The position numbers were made by a program, and so were the translations under genes. Below are positions 51,073 to 64,000 of a DNA stretch of 64,000 bases, in pieces. This DNA comes from Mobula birostris (lineage: Eukaryota): contig NC_092371.1 of NCBI RefSeq assembly GCF_030028105.1, positions 65,862,057-65,926,056 on the forward strand, given 5' to 3'. Every line of letters begins with the position of its first letter. The stretch's first letter is position 1. The notes beneath the pieces were generated by a model. That model was not told the origin of the DNA, did not search any database, and worked only from the letters and a program-made list of their open reading frames with translations.

Positions 51073-52798
51073 GTAAGTTAATTCTTTTATGCTGCTTTTG
51101 GATCTTAAAAAGTGGCATAAAGCTCATTTAAGCATCCAAATTCAAATAGAATATTTAAAACTATAGCGAACATCTTTAACTGATCAAACTTATAATTCCT
51201 TCTTGGCCAACATAACCTTTGTGTGGGAAGAGATAATCTAAGAGAAGCCAGTTCTTACACTTCCAGTGACTTAGTAAAACTGCATTTAAGTGTATGTTTG
51301 TATCTAAACTAAGCTATGTCACTCATTTCAATTTAAAACTGGATAAAACAAAAGCAATTTCATCTCGTAACCAAATTACCAGCATCAGTTTTAAAAGCTC
51401 CATTGACTTAGAAACATTCCCATAACCGAATTTCAACTTCAAGGCTACACCTTTAATTCTCTACAGCTATCAAAAATTAAAAATAAGACAACAGTGTTTG
51501 CAATAGATATTTTAAATTTCTTTCTAAAACGAATATGATGTAAAAGTTCCAAACAAATCCCTGTACATATACTGAAATGAACACTTAAAGCAAGAGAGAC
51601 AGCACAGGGTTAACAGTTTTCGGCTCTCAGTGTAAGTGACTGACACTGAAAACAAATTGCACTTTTTATAATGGACGTGGTTCCACACAAGGAGTTGACT
51701 AGGAAAACATTCAGACTCATCTTCACTAACCAGTGAAATTGCCATGAAATGCTTTGATCACTCAATCACTGTCCCTCTGCTCTGTCACATGCTATCATAC
51801 CAGGAATCATGCATTCTCCCCTTTATTCCTGTGCTGTTTTTGCTACCATTTCGCTGATCTTCAGGATCATACTCAGACCCTACCCTATTTTCACCATTTG
51901 GTCTGTTCTCTTTTGGTGCATTTCACTGAATGCTCCAGTATTAACTGTTCACCATTGAGTCCATCTTTTGTGGTCATGACCCTGTTCTGTTGTTTGAATG
52001 TTATCCGGGTCCATATAGAATTAATTTGCCTTGCAGTCTTCCTCTAGCACAGATTTCTCACTAGGTTTGCAACAACTGGTCAGTTTATATTATGTATACT
52101 CACCCAAGTGATACTCCATGTTCACTATATGTTCACTCATGGAAGATCCTGCCCAATGCACCAAATGATGTAGAGCATTCTGGTCTTAATGTCTAGATAA
52201 ACATTCAAGTGTGTCCGTACTTTGGTTAAACAAGGAAGGATCTGTTTTACCCACCGCAGGGCAGAGAGGACGCAGTACACACACTTTCCTTGATTGTATA
52301 CAGCATGGCATTTTATACACACTTTGGAGATGAAGTTTAAGAATTCTACCAATATATAAAGGTTCATTTCTTATCCTCATATAAAACCCAGAGCCAGAAA
52401 TGGTTTGATTGTCCACTTCTGATCACTTTCTCTGCTTGATTATCGAGTGCTTTGGAGACTCTTGCCATTGCTCTGTGACGAGTGGTCCAATTTTTTTTGT
52501 CATCTCTCCAGGGACTGTTTGGGCCTGTTTTTTTTCTAAGCCACATTTCTCCTGGTGGCCAACAGGCCTGTCACCTTTTTTGCACATTTCCGCACAGATT
52601 CGATTCATTGCGGAAAAAATCTATGAATCCCTTTATCTTCTCACAGGGACTAACTGGCTCAGGAGAGGCTGGTTGTTTCTGTTTGTAGAGTTTCTGTGTG
52701 ACCATATCTTCCATCTCTACTGTCCCATTGATATGTGCCCTCAGAAAACATGGCATACGCATTTTACTCTGAATATGTCAATATATTATTTTACTATA

Positions 52799-53342
52799 CA
52801 GTACTGCGCAAAAAATAAACTTGGGCACATATATATAACTAGGGTGCCTAAGACTTTTCAACAGTGCGGTATTTGTCAATATGGAGTGGAGAGCGAATTT
52901 GTAAATCTGGCGGGAACAATGGATGTTAGGAATGGTGAGGATGGAGTGCCGTGGGAGGGGTGCGGGACAGGAAGCAGAGAAGGAATTCCGGGGGTGGGGG
53001 GGGGGGTAGGTGGTGCATGGGTGCAGACACATCCAACCCTGAGACACCAGGCAAGGTCACTTGATTGCAAACAATTGGTTTACTGATCATTGCAAAATGT
53101 CTCTCTGCTGCTTCCCGCTCCTTCCCCTTTATCGAACCATGATTCCCTTCTCCCTGCCCCTTCCAGTCCACAATAGCAACCCATATCAGAATTAAGTTTA
53201 TCATCACTCACAACTGACATGAATTAATTTTGTTTTTACAGCAACAGCAGTACAGTGCAATACATAAAATTACTACAGTACTGTGCAAAGGTCTTGGGCA
53301 CCCTAGCTATATATATGTGCCTAAGACTTTCGCACAGTCCTG
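52799..53342. mobile_element. Composite Tc1-type MITE: two ~67-70 bp hairpin mini-elements around a ~400 bp core
   Basis: TA-cagtactg.gcaaa..cttgggcac..gtgcctaagactttt.. at both ends (52799-52869, 53276-53342), TA flanks. Confidence 0.8.
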
Positions 53343-53601
53343 TATATCAGTGTCGGAAAAAGCTGCCTGAGAAGGGTGAAATTTTGCGTACAGCTCCCAA
53401 GGGAATCAATAAATATTCCCATTTACAACCATTACAGTGGAAATCAACACTCACAACACGCTGAAGGAACTCAGCAGGTTGGGCAGCATCCGTGGAAACG
53501 ATCAGTCAACGTTTTGGGCCAGAACCCTTCTTCAGGGAATCTGCAGCCACAGAGACTGCAGTAAATAAATTCCCATTTATGTGAACTGGCCATCTTAAGA
53601 A

Positions 53602-53793
53602 CTACAACACAAGATGTTGGAGGAACTCAGCAGGTCAGGCAGCATCTATGGAGAGGGATAAACAGTCTACATTTCAGGCTGAGACCCTTTATCAGGTCCT
53701 GATGAAGTGTCTCACCCCAAAATCTCCACTGCTTATTCCTCTCCATAGATGCTGCCAGACCTGATGAGTTCCTCCAGTATTTTATGTGTGTAG
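53602..53793. repeat. ~190-bp imperfect palindrome of two Penelope terminal repeats
   Basis: Centre atcagg-t-cctgat at 53697; arms ggaggaactcagcaggtcaggcagcatctatggagag / ctctccatagatgctgccagacctgatgagttcctcc. Confidence 0.85.
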
Positions 53794-54151
53794 CTCTGAA
53801 TTTCTAGCATCTGCAGGATCGTGTGTTTCGTAGTCAGTCATTATCATACTTTATTGATCCCGAGGGAAATTGATTTTCGTTACAGTTGCCCCAACCAAGA
53901 ATATTTGTTTATTACCTTAAGTCCTGGCAGTCACAGCACTCCAGACCACCCAGGGAATGATGAATACTACCTTGTTATTCCATTTTTTTGCACAATCTAT
54001 TTTTGTAATTTATAGTTTTTTTTATGTCTTTGCACTATGCTGCTGCCACAAAATTACAAAATATCATGTCATATGTCAGTAATAGTAAAGCTGGTTCTGA
54101 TCCTTCTCGTATGCTGTGATCTAGATGTCTCATGACATGGACCTTTAATAG

Positions 54152-54700
54152 CAAGTCAGTCAGTTAGTCACTGCCCTTGGGGCAGCAAAGAAGTTCCTCC
54201 ATCTCTGTCTGTCCTTGGCCATTTTCTCTTTTGTGCCCCACTTGAGGTTCAGGGTCATCACTTCTGCCTCTACGGTATGATGCCAAATTGTCTTTGGTCT
54301 CCCACGTTTCCTCTGCCCCTCAAGGGTCCAATGAAGTGCTGCCTTGATGATGGATTTGGCCTCTTCTTATCACATGCCCAATCCATCTCCAATGTTTCCC
54401 CATGATTATTGTGGCCATGTCCTCTTGATGATACTGAAGGAGTAGGGTGTGGTGGTGTGGTTGGAGATGCTTCTTGGGCAGAAAATATGGAGGATCTTCC
54501 AGAGGCTCATGATGCAGAATGACAGAAGCTTGGCAAGGTTGCTGACTGTCATGTGCCAACGTTCTGATCCATACAAGAGTGTGGACAGAACACAGCTCTG
54601 GTACAGCTTCACTACGCTGTACTTGGTTGATCCCGGTATGCTGCTCATTGATCTGAAGCTGTTTTTAGCTTAGCTGAGTCTGCACTGGTTGTGGTCCTAG
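54152..54700 (-). mobile_element. RTE-clade LINE 3' fragment with (GACT)n tail
   Basis: KLYQSCVLSTLLYGSERW..WRWIGHVIR..GRPKTIW. Confidence 0.8.
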
Positions 54701-55356
54701 GTCCTACTATCATACCAAATGACGCTTCCCAGCTAGGTGAATCTGCCAGTGCTGGGGACGGCAATGCCATATGCTTTGTCAGAAGGAGTCGTCCTATAGC
54801 AAAGACTGCTATAATTCTGTGGCTTCCTCTGGCGATGAATTTATCTTCAAAGGAACATTTTATTGAACAGTTTGTATTGCTGAGCTTGCTAACTCAGTTA
54901 TAGAAACCAGGTCTGACAGTTGTGGAGTAGAAATAGTTCTTTTGTATAACAATATGTTTTATAGTACAATATGTAAGTTAACTCTGCATTTATTTCCTAC
55001 GTCATCACAATGGCCCTCTTCATGGGTAATTACGATTGACTAGAAACTCAGTTATACTAGCCACATAACGACAAGAGCAGGGATGCAGATGAGCAAGTGT
55101 CTCAACCTCAAAGTCTTTCCCCCATCTACTACACACAAGTCAAGAGCATGCTAGAATACTCCACACTTGAATGGGTACAAATCCAACAATTCTCCGAGTC
55201 AAAGCAGTTCACTTTATTAATTTATCATCCACTAATCTTAACATTCATTCTCTCACCTGCCAATGCACAGTTGTTGTCTCTGTACCATCCACAGAATGAT
55301 CTGGAGAATACTTCAACAGCATCTCCTAAGTCTAAGACCTTAAGCAGCAAGAAGGA

Positions 55357-55897
55357 TCATAAGACATAGGAGCAGAATTAAGCCATTAAGCTCATCAAGT
55401 CTGCTTCGCCATTCCATCCTGGTTTATTTATTCTCCCTTTCAACACCATTCACCTGCTTTCTCCCCATAACCATTACTGATAAAGACCTCTCAACATCTG
55501 CATTATATATACCCAATGACTTGGCTTCCACAGCCTTCTGTGGCAACGAATTCCACAGATTCACCATACTCTGACTAAAGAAATTCCTCCTCATCTCTAT
55601 TCTAAATGGACACCCTTCTATTCCTGGACTGTGCCCTCTGGCCTTAAACTCTCCCACTATTGGAAACATCCTCTTCATGACCACTCTATCTAGACCTTCC
55701 AATATTTGATAGGTTTCAATGAGAACTCTCCCTCATTCTTCTAAACTCCATTGAGTACAGGCCCAGTGCTATTAAATGCTCCTCCTACACTAACCCGTTC
55801 ATTCCCTGGCTCATTCTTGTAATTTCCCCCTCTGGACCTTCTCCAATGCCAACATATCCTTTCTTAGATATGAGGCCCAAAATTCCTCTCAATGCTC
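55357..55897 (-). mobile_element. CR1 3' fragment
   Basis: GLDRV..RMFPIVGE..RGHS..RRNFFSQSMVNLWNSLP. Confidence 0.88.
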
Positions 55898-57053
55898 AAA
55901 AAAAACAAGGCTTGCAGATGAATGGGAACACCACCACCTTCAGGTTTCCCTCCAAGTTGCACACCACCCTGACTTTGAAGTATGTTGTTTGTCCTTTATT
56001 GCTATTTGGTCTATATCTTAAAATTCCTTACCCAGCAGCACTGAGGGAGCATCTTCACCAGGAGTCAGTTGTTCATGAAAGTGATTCACCTCCACCTTCT
56101 AAGGGCAGTTAAGGATGAATAAATACCAGCCTTGTTTGTGATGCCCAGATCCCACAAAATGACATAAATCATTCTGAAAGTTCTCAACAGGTTCTTTCCA
56201 AATACAAAAATCTCCTTTTTACATTGAGTCTTATTTGACTGGGGTTCTTCTAGACATTTCATGTGCTGAGATTGACAAAACAGATTAATGGCCTAATACA
56301 GACTGCTGAAGGAACTCGGTAGGTCATTTGGCATCCAAAGAGGTGAGGGAATGGTCAATGTTTTGTGTTGAAAGGCCCCATTAGGAACTTCTTCAAGGTG
56401 AGTATGCCTTGAAGGGAGTTTGCGGTGGAGTATAAGAGGACACGCAAGAGAGTTCAGATGCTGAAATCTGGAGCAAAAAAAATCTGCTCGAGCAATTCAG
56501 CGAGCCAAGCTACATCTATTAAGGCAAAGGGATGGGGTTGACGTTAAGACCCTCCATCAGGAGCTTCTTCAAAATCAGAAGGCTGTTAAAGTGAATTCAT
56601 CGTACAGTATCCTAACCCATGCTAATGTGCCCCTGATACTTTGCAACAGATTATCGAGCTGGTTTACGAGAATAAAACATGGAAGTCAACTCATCTTCAA
56701 ACCTGACACAGTGACCTGTCGGTCCAATTGGTGCCTCCTTTCCACGTGGCTGTCAGGAGAGATGAATTTGTAAAATATTATCTATATCTCTGATTTATAG
56801 GCTTGTTTTAACTTCATGTCATTATAGTTTAAGTGACTGCTCCCTCCTGGAATAAATCTGGGATAACAATAGCAAGACTAGCCGGTAGCTTGACAGGCAT
56901 GGAATTTAAAGCAGCATTAGTTAATAATCCTCAAGTACAGCCTATGGAATACCACAGTATTTTCTGATGCAGCCTACAAAGATTAGAAAGTGTTCATTCT
57001 GGGTAATGGGAGCTGGAGGAGGTTTACACTGGGCCTGGAGCTTTGAAGGATAA

Positions 57054-57284
<231 letters not shown>

Positions 57285-58847
57285 TGAAAATTTCTCTTGA
57301 TGATAGAAATAAAAATAACTTTTAACAACTGCAGTTAAGTGTCTATTGGCAACTTTAAATATTGCCTTTTAAAATAGATTAAGGCCATTTTCAGTCTAAT
57401 TAGTTTAATTTAATGACTGCATGTTTCTTTGCTGCTTCATCCATGACACCACTGAATGTGTTAAATAGGAGCAAGATTAGGAATAGGCCATCTGCTCCAC
57501 CATTTAGTATAATCATGGTTCATCTACCTTCGGCCTTGGTTCTCCTTCCGTGCAGCTCTTCACAGTCCTCAGTTGTCCAATCATTCAATAAGTCACCTGT
57601 CTTCACTTTCAATTCCTTTGTGATCTAGCCTGCACCATTGTCTGGGATGTAGAATTCCAGAGATTCACCAACTCTGTGGGAAGAAAATGGAATGGTTCAA
57701 ATATAGACATGTTCAGGTACATTAGGGACATTTAAGAAACTCATAGGTATGCACCTGGATGTTAGTAGAGTGGAGGGTTATGAAGGAGGGAACGGTTAGA
57801 TCTTAGAGTAGGTTAAAAGGTTGGCATAACACTGTGGGCTGAATGGCCTGTACTGTGCTGCAATGATCTATCTTCAAAGTATACTTAAGCTCAGCTTCTT
57901 CTTATTTTTTGAGGTAGTGAATTGTTGGAGGTGGTATGGTTTAGGCCCTGATTGTCCCTTTGTTGTACATGCCCCAGAGGCAAAATAGGCCTCAGGTTAT
58001 TGCACATATTGTTCCATTCCCAGAAAGGTGGAGACACGGGAGAGAATGGCAAGAGTTTTGCTTCGTTATTCACTCTGACCCCTGAAAGGTCAAAGTTACA
58101 GTAACAGATTAAATATCAAGTTCGATGGAATTTTGTCTGCGTGTCCACTGATGGAGATTAAAGGTAAATTTCACCACATGGTGCTGGGATGTCATTGTTT
58201 GAGATCCCCAAATCATTTAGTAGTTGATTTAATCAACTGGTTGGTTCAAGGCAGGTTTTGACAGTGTCATAAAGAGGCACAACATGGCAACAAGTCCTTC
58301 AGCCCAGCAATCTTGTGCTGGGCAAATCCCATTTCACACATTGATCCAGCTCCAATCCATATTATTTTCCTTGTGTTCCTATCAACTCTCCCCTCCCAGA
58401 TTCTGCCAATTACCTGCATGTTATCAGCAATTTACAGTGGCTATTCGCCTACAGAAACACATATACATTATAATATGCATATGTATGTATGTTTGATGTT
58501 TTTCCTTGTACTGGTTGGTTCCATGGTTCTTCTTTGTTTTGTGACTGTCTGTGGGGAAGACAAATTTCAGGGTTCGATACTGCATACATACTTCAGTAAT
58601 AAATGTACTTTGAATTTTTGAAATTTATTGGGATGAGAGAGAAGGCAGCAGGAGAATGGGGTTGGGAGGGAAAATAAATCAGCCACAATCGAATGGTAGA
58701 ATAGACTCTAAGCTCCGGAATGGAGAGCCCAGAAGAAGCTCATGTTACAGGGAGAATGTAACCTCCACACAGCAAAGATAAGGAAGATTCCTTGTTACTT
58801 GAGCTATGAGGAAGCAGCTCTACCAGCTGTGCAACTGTGTGCCTTAA

Positions 58848-60657
58848 ATGCATAGTACTACAGTAATTTTATGTACTGCATTGTACTGCTGCCACAAAAA
58901 AAAACAAATTTTATGAGGTGAGGAATGATAAACTTGACGTGGATCTCTATTGTGGACTGAGACTGGGAAGGGGACAGGGAAAGGGAAATCATGGTTGGGA
59001 AAAGGAAGGGAATGAGAAGCACCAGGGAGACATTCTGTAATGATCAATAAACCAATTGTTTGGAATCAAATGACCTTGGCTGGAGTATGAGGGCTGGGTG
59101 TGTCTGCACCCATGCCACCCACCCCCCCCACCGCCCCAGCACCTGTCACCTGTCGCACATCCCCCTGTGGCACTCCACCCTCATTTTTCCCAGCATTCTT
59201 TGCTCCCGCCAGATTTACGAACTCTCTCTCCGCTCCACATTGACAAGTACAGTCCTGTGAAGAAGTCTTAGGCACCCTAGCTATATACAGTTGCAGGAAA
59301 AAGTTTGTGAACCCTTTGCAATTACCTGATTTTCTGCATTACTCTTAAAAAGTGATCTGATCTTCATCAAAGTCACAATAATAGACAATTTGCCTAAACC
59401 AAACTAACAATTGTACTTCTCGTCAAAACTGAGTAATCCATTTGAACAATCGCAGTCTAGGTTCTAAAAAGTATGTGAGCCTTTGGGTGATGCCTTCTTC
59501 AAAAGCTGTTTGGAGTCAGGTGTTCCAATCAATGAACGCTGAAGGAGGTGAAAAAGAACCCAAGGGTACAGCAAAAGTCTCACGCCACAGAAACCGGCAT
59601 AAGCACTGGCCTGATAGGCCACAAAGGCTTGGGACAGATTTTGACACATTTTGACACTTTTTTTTCCACTTAAGTCTCTGTCCTTGTGTCCACTATAAGT
59701 AAAACACAGAAAGAATTATGTTCATGGAGGGACACCATGGAGGAAACCACTGCTCTCCAAAAAAAAAAACAACATTGCTGAGGGTCTTACTTGCAAAAGA
59801 CAACCTGGATGTTCCACAATGCTTCTGGGACAATGTTCTGTGGACAGATGAGACAGAAGTTGAACTTTTTGGCAGACTGCTATGTTTGGAGGAAAAAGGG
59901 CACTGTACACCAACACTAAAACCTCATCCCAACTGTGAAGCATGGTGGAAGGGGCATCATGGTTTCGGGGCTGTTTTTCTGCCTTGGGGCCTGGATAGCT
60001 TACAGTCATTGAGGGAACAATAAATTCAAAATTGTATTAAGACATTTTACAGGAGAATGATAGGATAGCAGTTGTCACCTGAGGCTTAACCGAAGTTGAA
60101 TGATGCAGCAAGACAATGATCTGAAACACAGGAGTAAATCAACAACAGAATGGTTTAAAAAGAAGAAAATTCATGTTTTGGAATGGCCAAGTCAGAGTCC
60201 AGACTTAACCCAATTGAGATACTGTGGCATGACCTGAAGAAGGCTGTCATTGCAAGGTATCCTGGAAATAATGATGAATTGAAACAGTTTTGTAATGGAG
60301 CAATGGTCTAAAATTCCTCCTTGCTGTTGTGCAAGTCTGATCAGCAGCTACTGGACACATTTGGTGGAGGTTATTGCTGCTAAAGGAGATTCTACCTGCT
60401 ATTAAATACAAGGGCTCACTTACTTTTTGCAGCCTGGACTGTGAATGATTAAACAATGTGTTCAATAAAGTCATGAAAAGTGCAATTGTTTGTGTGCTAT
60501 TAGTTTAGGCAGATTGTGTTTGTCTGTTATTTTGTGACTTCGATAAAGATTAGATCACATTTTTATGAATAATTAATGCAGAGGACCAGGTAATTGCAAA
60601 AGGTTCAGAAACGTTTACTTGCAACTATATATGTGCCTGAGACTTTTGCATTGTACT
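58848..60657. mobile_element. Third copy of the composite Tc1-type MITE (reverse orientation), split by a Tc1 element
   Basis: Core 58865-59245 homologous to 52870-53275; hairpin gtcttaggcaccctagctatata resumes as tatgtgcctgagacttttgca after 60627. Confidence 0.75.
59288..60627 (+). mobile_element. Tc1/mariner (IR/DR-type) DNA transposon with disrupted DDE transposase
   Basis: ~200-bp TIRs cagttgca.gaaaaagtttgtgaaccc, TA flanks; WDNVLWTDET, VKHGG, QQDNDxKH and WPSQSPDL motifs, with frameshifts. Confidence 0.92.
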
Positions 60658-61319
60658 TCATATAAAGGAGCTTTAAAAGAACTGATGGACTATTAACCAG
60701 CAGAGTTACAAACTTTCTTCTGATAGTCCCAATGCTGCCCTAAAGTTTAGCTCTTTGTGACTAGTAAAGCCTTCACTGCAGTCTTAACTGGAGCTTATCA
60801 AAGTAGTTTGCTGTCAGTCTTCACTGAGGATAGGGGAATTGAAATTAAAACAGCAAAAGTTTGAAATACTGAACAGGTCAGACATGATTAAGTAGAGTTA
60901 ATGTTTCATGCCCTTGACTTTTATCAGAGCTAGGAAAATTTAGAGATACGGCCATTTACAGAAGGAATATGTGCCTGGAAAGCAGGCTGTTAATTAAAAT
61001 TTGCTAATAGAAAAGGGTAGGTTGATGTGCTCTGTGGATAGTTAAGAAGAAAGTTGTCTCTTGGCTGAAGAGTGACATAGTATTAGTGATTCATGAAAAG
61101 AAGACGTACCCTATGAATCATTGGCATTAAAATGAAAGTTTGTATATGGAATATAGCTAAATCAAAGAATATCTGATAAAAGGTCTTATGATCCAGAGGA
61201 AGGTGAATGTGGGGAAGGGGCTAAAGGGAATATGTTAGAATGTGAAAGAAAATGGTGTTGCTTCACAGAAATGATAGATCAGCCTGGAAGATTGTAAGCA
61301 GTTGGCTTCCTAAACCAGC

Positions 61320-61700
61320 GATATCACAAAGGACCCCACCCACCCTGCGCATGGATTGTGTGTCCCACTCCCATCTGGGAAGAGGCTACGCAGCATCCAC
61401 ACCAGGACCACCAGACTCAAAAACAGTTACTTCCCCCAAGCTGTCAGGCTGATCATTAACCTACCCCACCACCACTGTTTTATCATATGCTGTCAGTCAG
61501 CTTATGTACAGATGCTCTTGTACCAAGTGTCACTTTATGTACATAGTCAGTCTATGTATATAAGCTCATCTTATGTATTTATATTTGTTGTGTTTTTAAA
61601 TTTTGTCCTTAATGCTTTTTGTGTTTTTTATGGTACATTGGATCTGGAGTAACAATTATTTCAGTCTCATTTACAATTATGTTCTGAAGAATGACAATGA
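61320..61700 (+). mobile_element. Rex1/Babar-like LINE 3' fragment
   Basis: PLPSGKRLRSIHTRTTRLKNSYFPQAVRLIN. Confidence 0.78.
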
Positions 61701-62153
61701 TTCTGGGAATGAAAGGGTTACTGAATGAGGAATGTTTAATGGCTCTGGGCCTGACTTGCTGAGGTTGAGAAGGATGCGGGGGATCTCAGTGAAACCTATC
61801 GAATGTTGTAAGACCTTGATAGAGCGGATGTGGCGAGGATGTTTCCTTTCGTGGAGGAATCTATGGCAGAGCCTCAGAATAGAAGGGTGCCCCTTTAGAA
61901 CAGATGAGGAGGAATTTCTTTAGACAGAAGATGGTGAATCTGTGGAATTCATTGCCACAAATAACTGTGGAAACCAAGTCCTTAGGTATATTTAAAGCAG
62001 AGGTTGGTGGGTTCTTGATTAGTCAGGCCATCAATGGTTATGAGGAGAAGGCAGGAGAATGTGGTCGAGAGAGATTATAAATCAGCCATGATGAAATGGT
62101 GGAACAGACTTGATGGGCCGAATGTCCTAATTCTGCTCCCATGACTTATGGTC
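61700..62153 (+). mobile_element. CR1 3' fragment
   Basis: Reverse-complement homologue of 55357-55897 and 50555-51072. Confidence 0.85.
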
Positions 62154-62673
62154 GAATGAACAATTTTGAATCTTAATGGAAAATCCTGGAGAACTGGAAT
62201 AAAAGGTCTGGAAATATTGACTTAACTTGAGTTCAAAAGGGTTGAATGTACTGGATTGAAGGATGAGGCACACTTTCTGCAGCTGAAGTTGAACTTTGAG
62301 AAAACCTGCAGAAGGCAGAGGGCAGAGATTTGAGTAATTGTGGATGTGGAATGGGGAATTTAAATGAGGTGATTAAAGGTCAGGGTGCTTTTAGAAATGA
62401 AATATCAAATTCAATGATGTATACCAATGATTCGGGGATCACAAATAGTGACCTGTCCCTGGAAAGTGAAGGGCTTTTTTATTACTAAGGCAAGAATGGT
62501 TTGGATGAATGCTGTATTAATGGAATGGGAGATCCTTGCAAGTGGGGGGAAGGCACAAAATGTTGTTATTTGTGTGCGGAGAGAGGAAGCAGGGGACGGG
62601 GTTAATGAATAGCAGAAAGTACCTGAGTTTTTTTTAATGTGTATTCACCTTTGACATTTTTTTGTCCTGTTAA

Positions 62674-62865
<192 letters not shown>

Positions 62866-63514
62866 TAAATTCAAGGCCTTTATTACAAACTAACACTTTA
62901 CATTTATTCCCACTAAAATAAAGGTTAGCATTCTGTAAAATCAGTTATGAAATTGATAGAAGTATGAATAGATTCTGGGACCATAAAATAGGATTATTTT
63001 TCTCTCTCAGAAATGAAATCACTTTACAATAGGTTATACTTTTTATATTGTGTGAAGTCTTGTTTTCCTTGTATAGAAATTCATTAGTGGTTGAGTGTAA
63101 GAGCTGATTTCCTTGATGAATTTCAAATAAGTTGTAATACTGACACATCTTAGAGTTTGCAGTGTTTAAGTTGTGCTCCTTTGTACCATTCAGATAACCC
63201 CTTAAGGAAGGAAATTTGCTATCTGTACCTGGTTCAGCTTGCATGTCTTTCCAGACTTACTGTAGTGTGGTTGGCTCTGAACTTCCTTCTTAAATAGCCT
63301 GGCAAGCCACCCAGTCATCTACCAAGCTGCTGTGACAAAGATTGAGCTTTGTCTTTCAGCATAGTTCCAGCAGCAGCATTTATCCCACCACCTTGTTCAG
63401 TGATGAGCGCTGGCCTTGCTCATGATGACGTTTGTGCCACTTGTCCAATTAAGCTTCTCAGCTTTCCATTGATGAGAGGCTTTACAATAATTTATTTCAT
63501 TTTTCCTTGATGTT

Positions 63515-63745
63515 GTAGTGGATAATACAGTGCCAGCAATCTGGGCTCAATTCGTGCTCACCGCCTGTAAGGAGTTTGTACGTTCTGTCCCGTCAGGTTT
63601 CCTCACACAGTCTAAATTCATACTGGTTGCTAGGTTATTTGGTCATTGTAAATTGTCCTGTGATTAGGCTAGGGTTAAATTGGGGGACTGCAGGGCAGTG
63701 TGGCTCGAAAGGCCTATTCCACACGGTATCTAAATAAATAAATAG
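63515..63745 (+). mobile_element. V-SINE copy
   Basis: ctgtaaggagtttgtacgttct core and (taaa)n tail. Confidence 0.7.
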
Positions 63746-64000
63746 AATCAAGCAATTTAAATTTCAGTGTGTGTCTGATTATGTTGAAGCAGCCCAAGCA
63801 TTGATGATGCAGGAATTATAGGAAGGGTTGTTGAGCATTCCTCTGGGTTCATCCCCCTTTATTAGTATGCATTATCCCTGGAAAAAAGTATTTTTTGTGT
63901 GTAACAAAAATGAGAGATAATTCCAATAAATGTAATGGAAATGTGCTCCCACAGAAAATCTTTGAAATTTGCAAAGTTGGCAGATGTAGTGATCCTGTTC

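Noticed and set aside
52409-53086. 225-aa ORF, the longest in the track
   Set aside because: Runs through a MITE boundary and shows no recognisable domain; likely chance.

Overview
Vertebrate genomic DNA, most likely a cartilaginous fish (inferred from the repeat landscape of V-SINEs, CR1, Penelope, Rex1-like and RTE elements). The window lies inside one + strand gene, the proto-oncogene kinase SRC. Five coding exons are present (99, 104, 150, 156 and 180 bp, all AG/GT-bounded and in phase), covering the end of SH3, SH2, the linker and the kinase N-lobe. The gene starts upstream of the window and ends downstream of it. The introns (5.1, 25.4, 15.2 and 5.4 kb) are mostly decayed transposons. 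The most striking object is a ~3.7 kb Ty3/Gypsy-type LTR element just after the first SH2 exon. It keeps its LTRs, PBS/PPT, gag, protease and the integrase tail, but its RT/RNase H/integrase core is replaced by an intronless piece of the host splicing-factor mRNA RBM25, i.e. LTR-mediated host-gene capture. Other points of interest: minimal hammerhead ribozyme motifs in Penelope copies on the SRC sense strand, a composite transposon built from two ~67-bp Tc1-type hairpin MITEs, a perfect 50-bp inverted repeat, a CpG-rich 39-bp minisatellite, and a weak candidate for the neuronal N1 microexon. Repeat family names come from motif recognition by eye, and repeat boundaries are approximate unless a TIR or TSD is cited.
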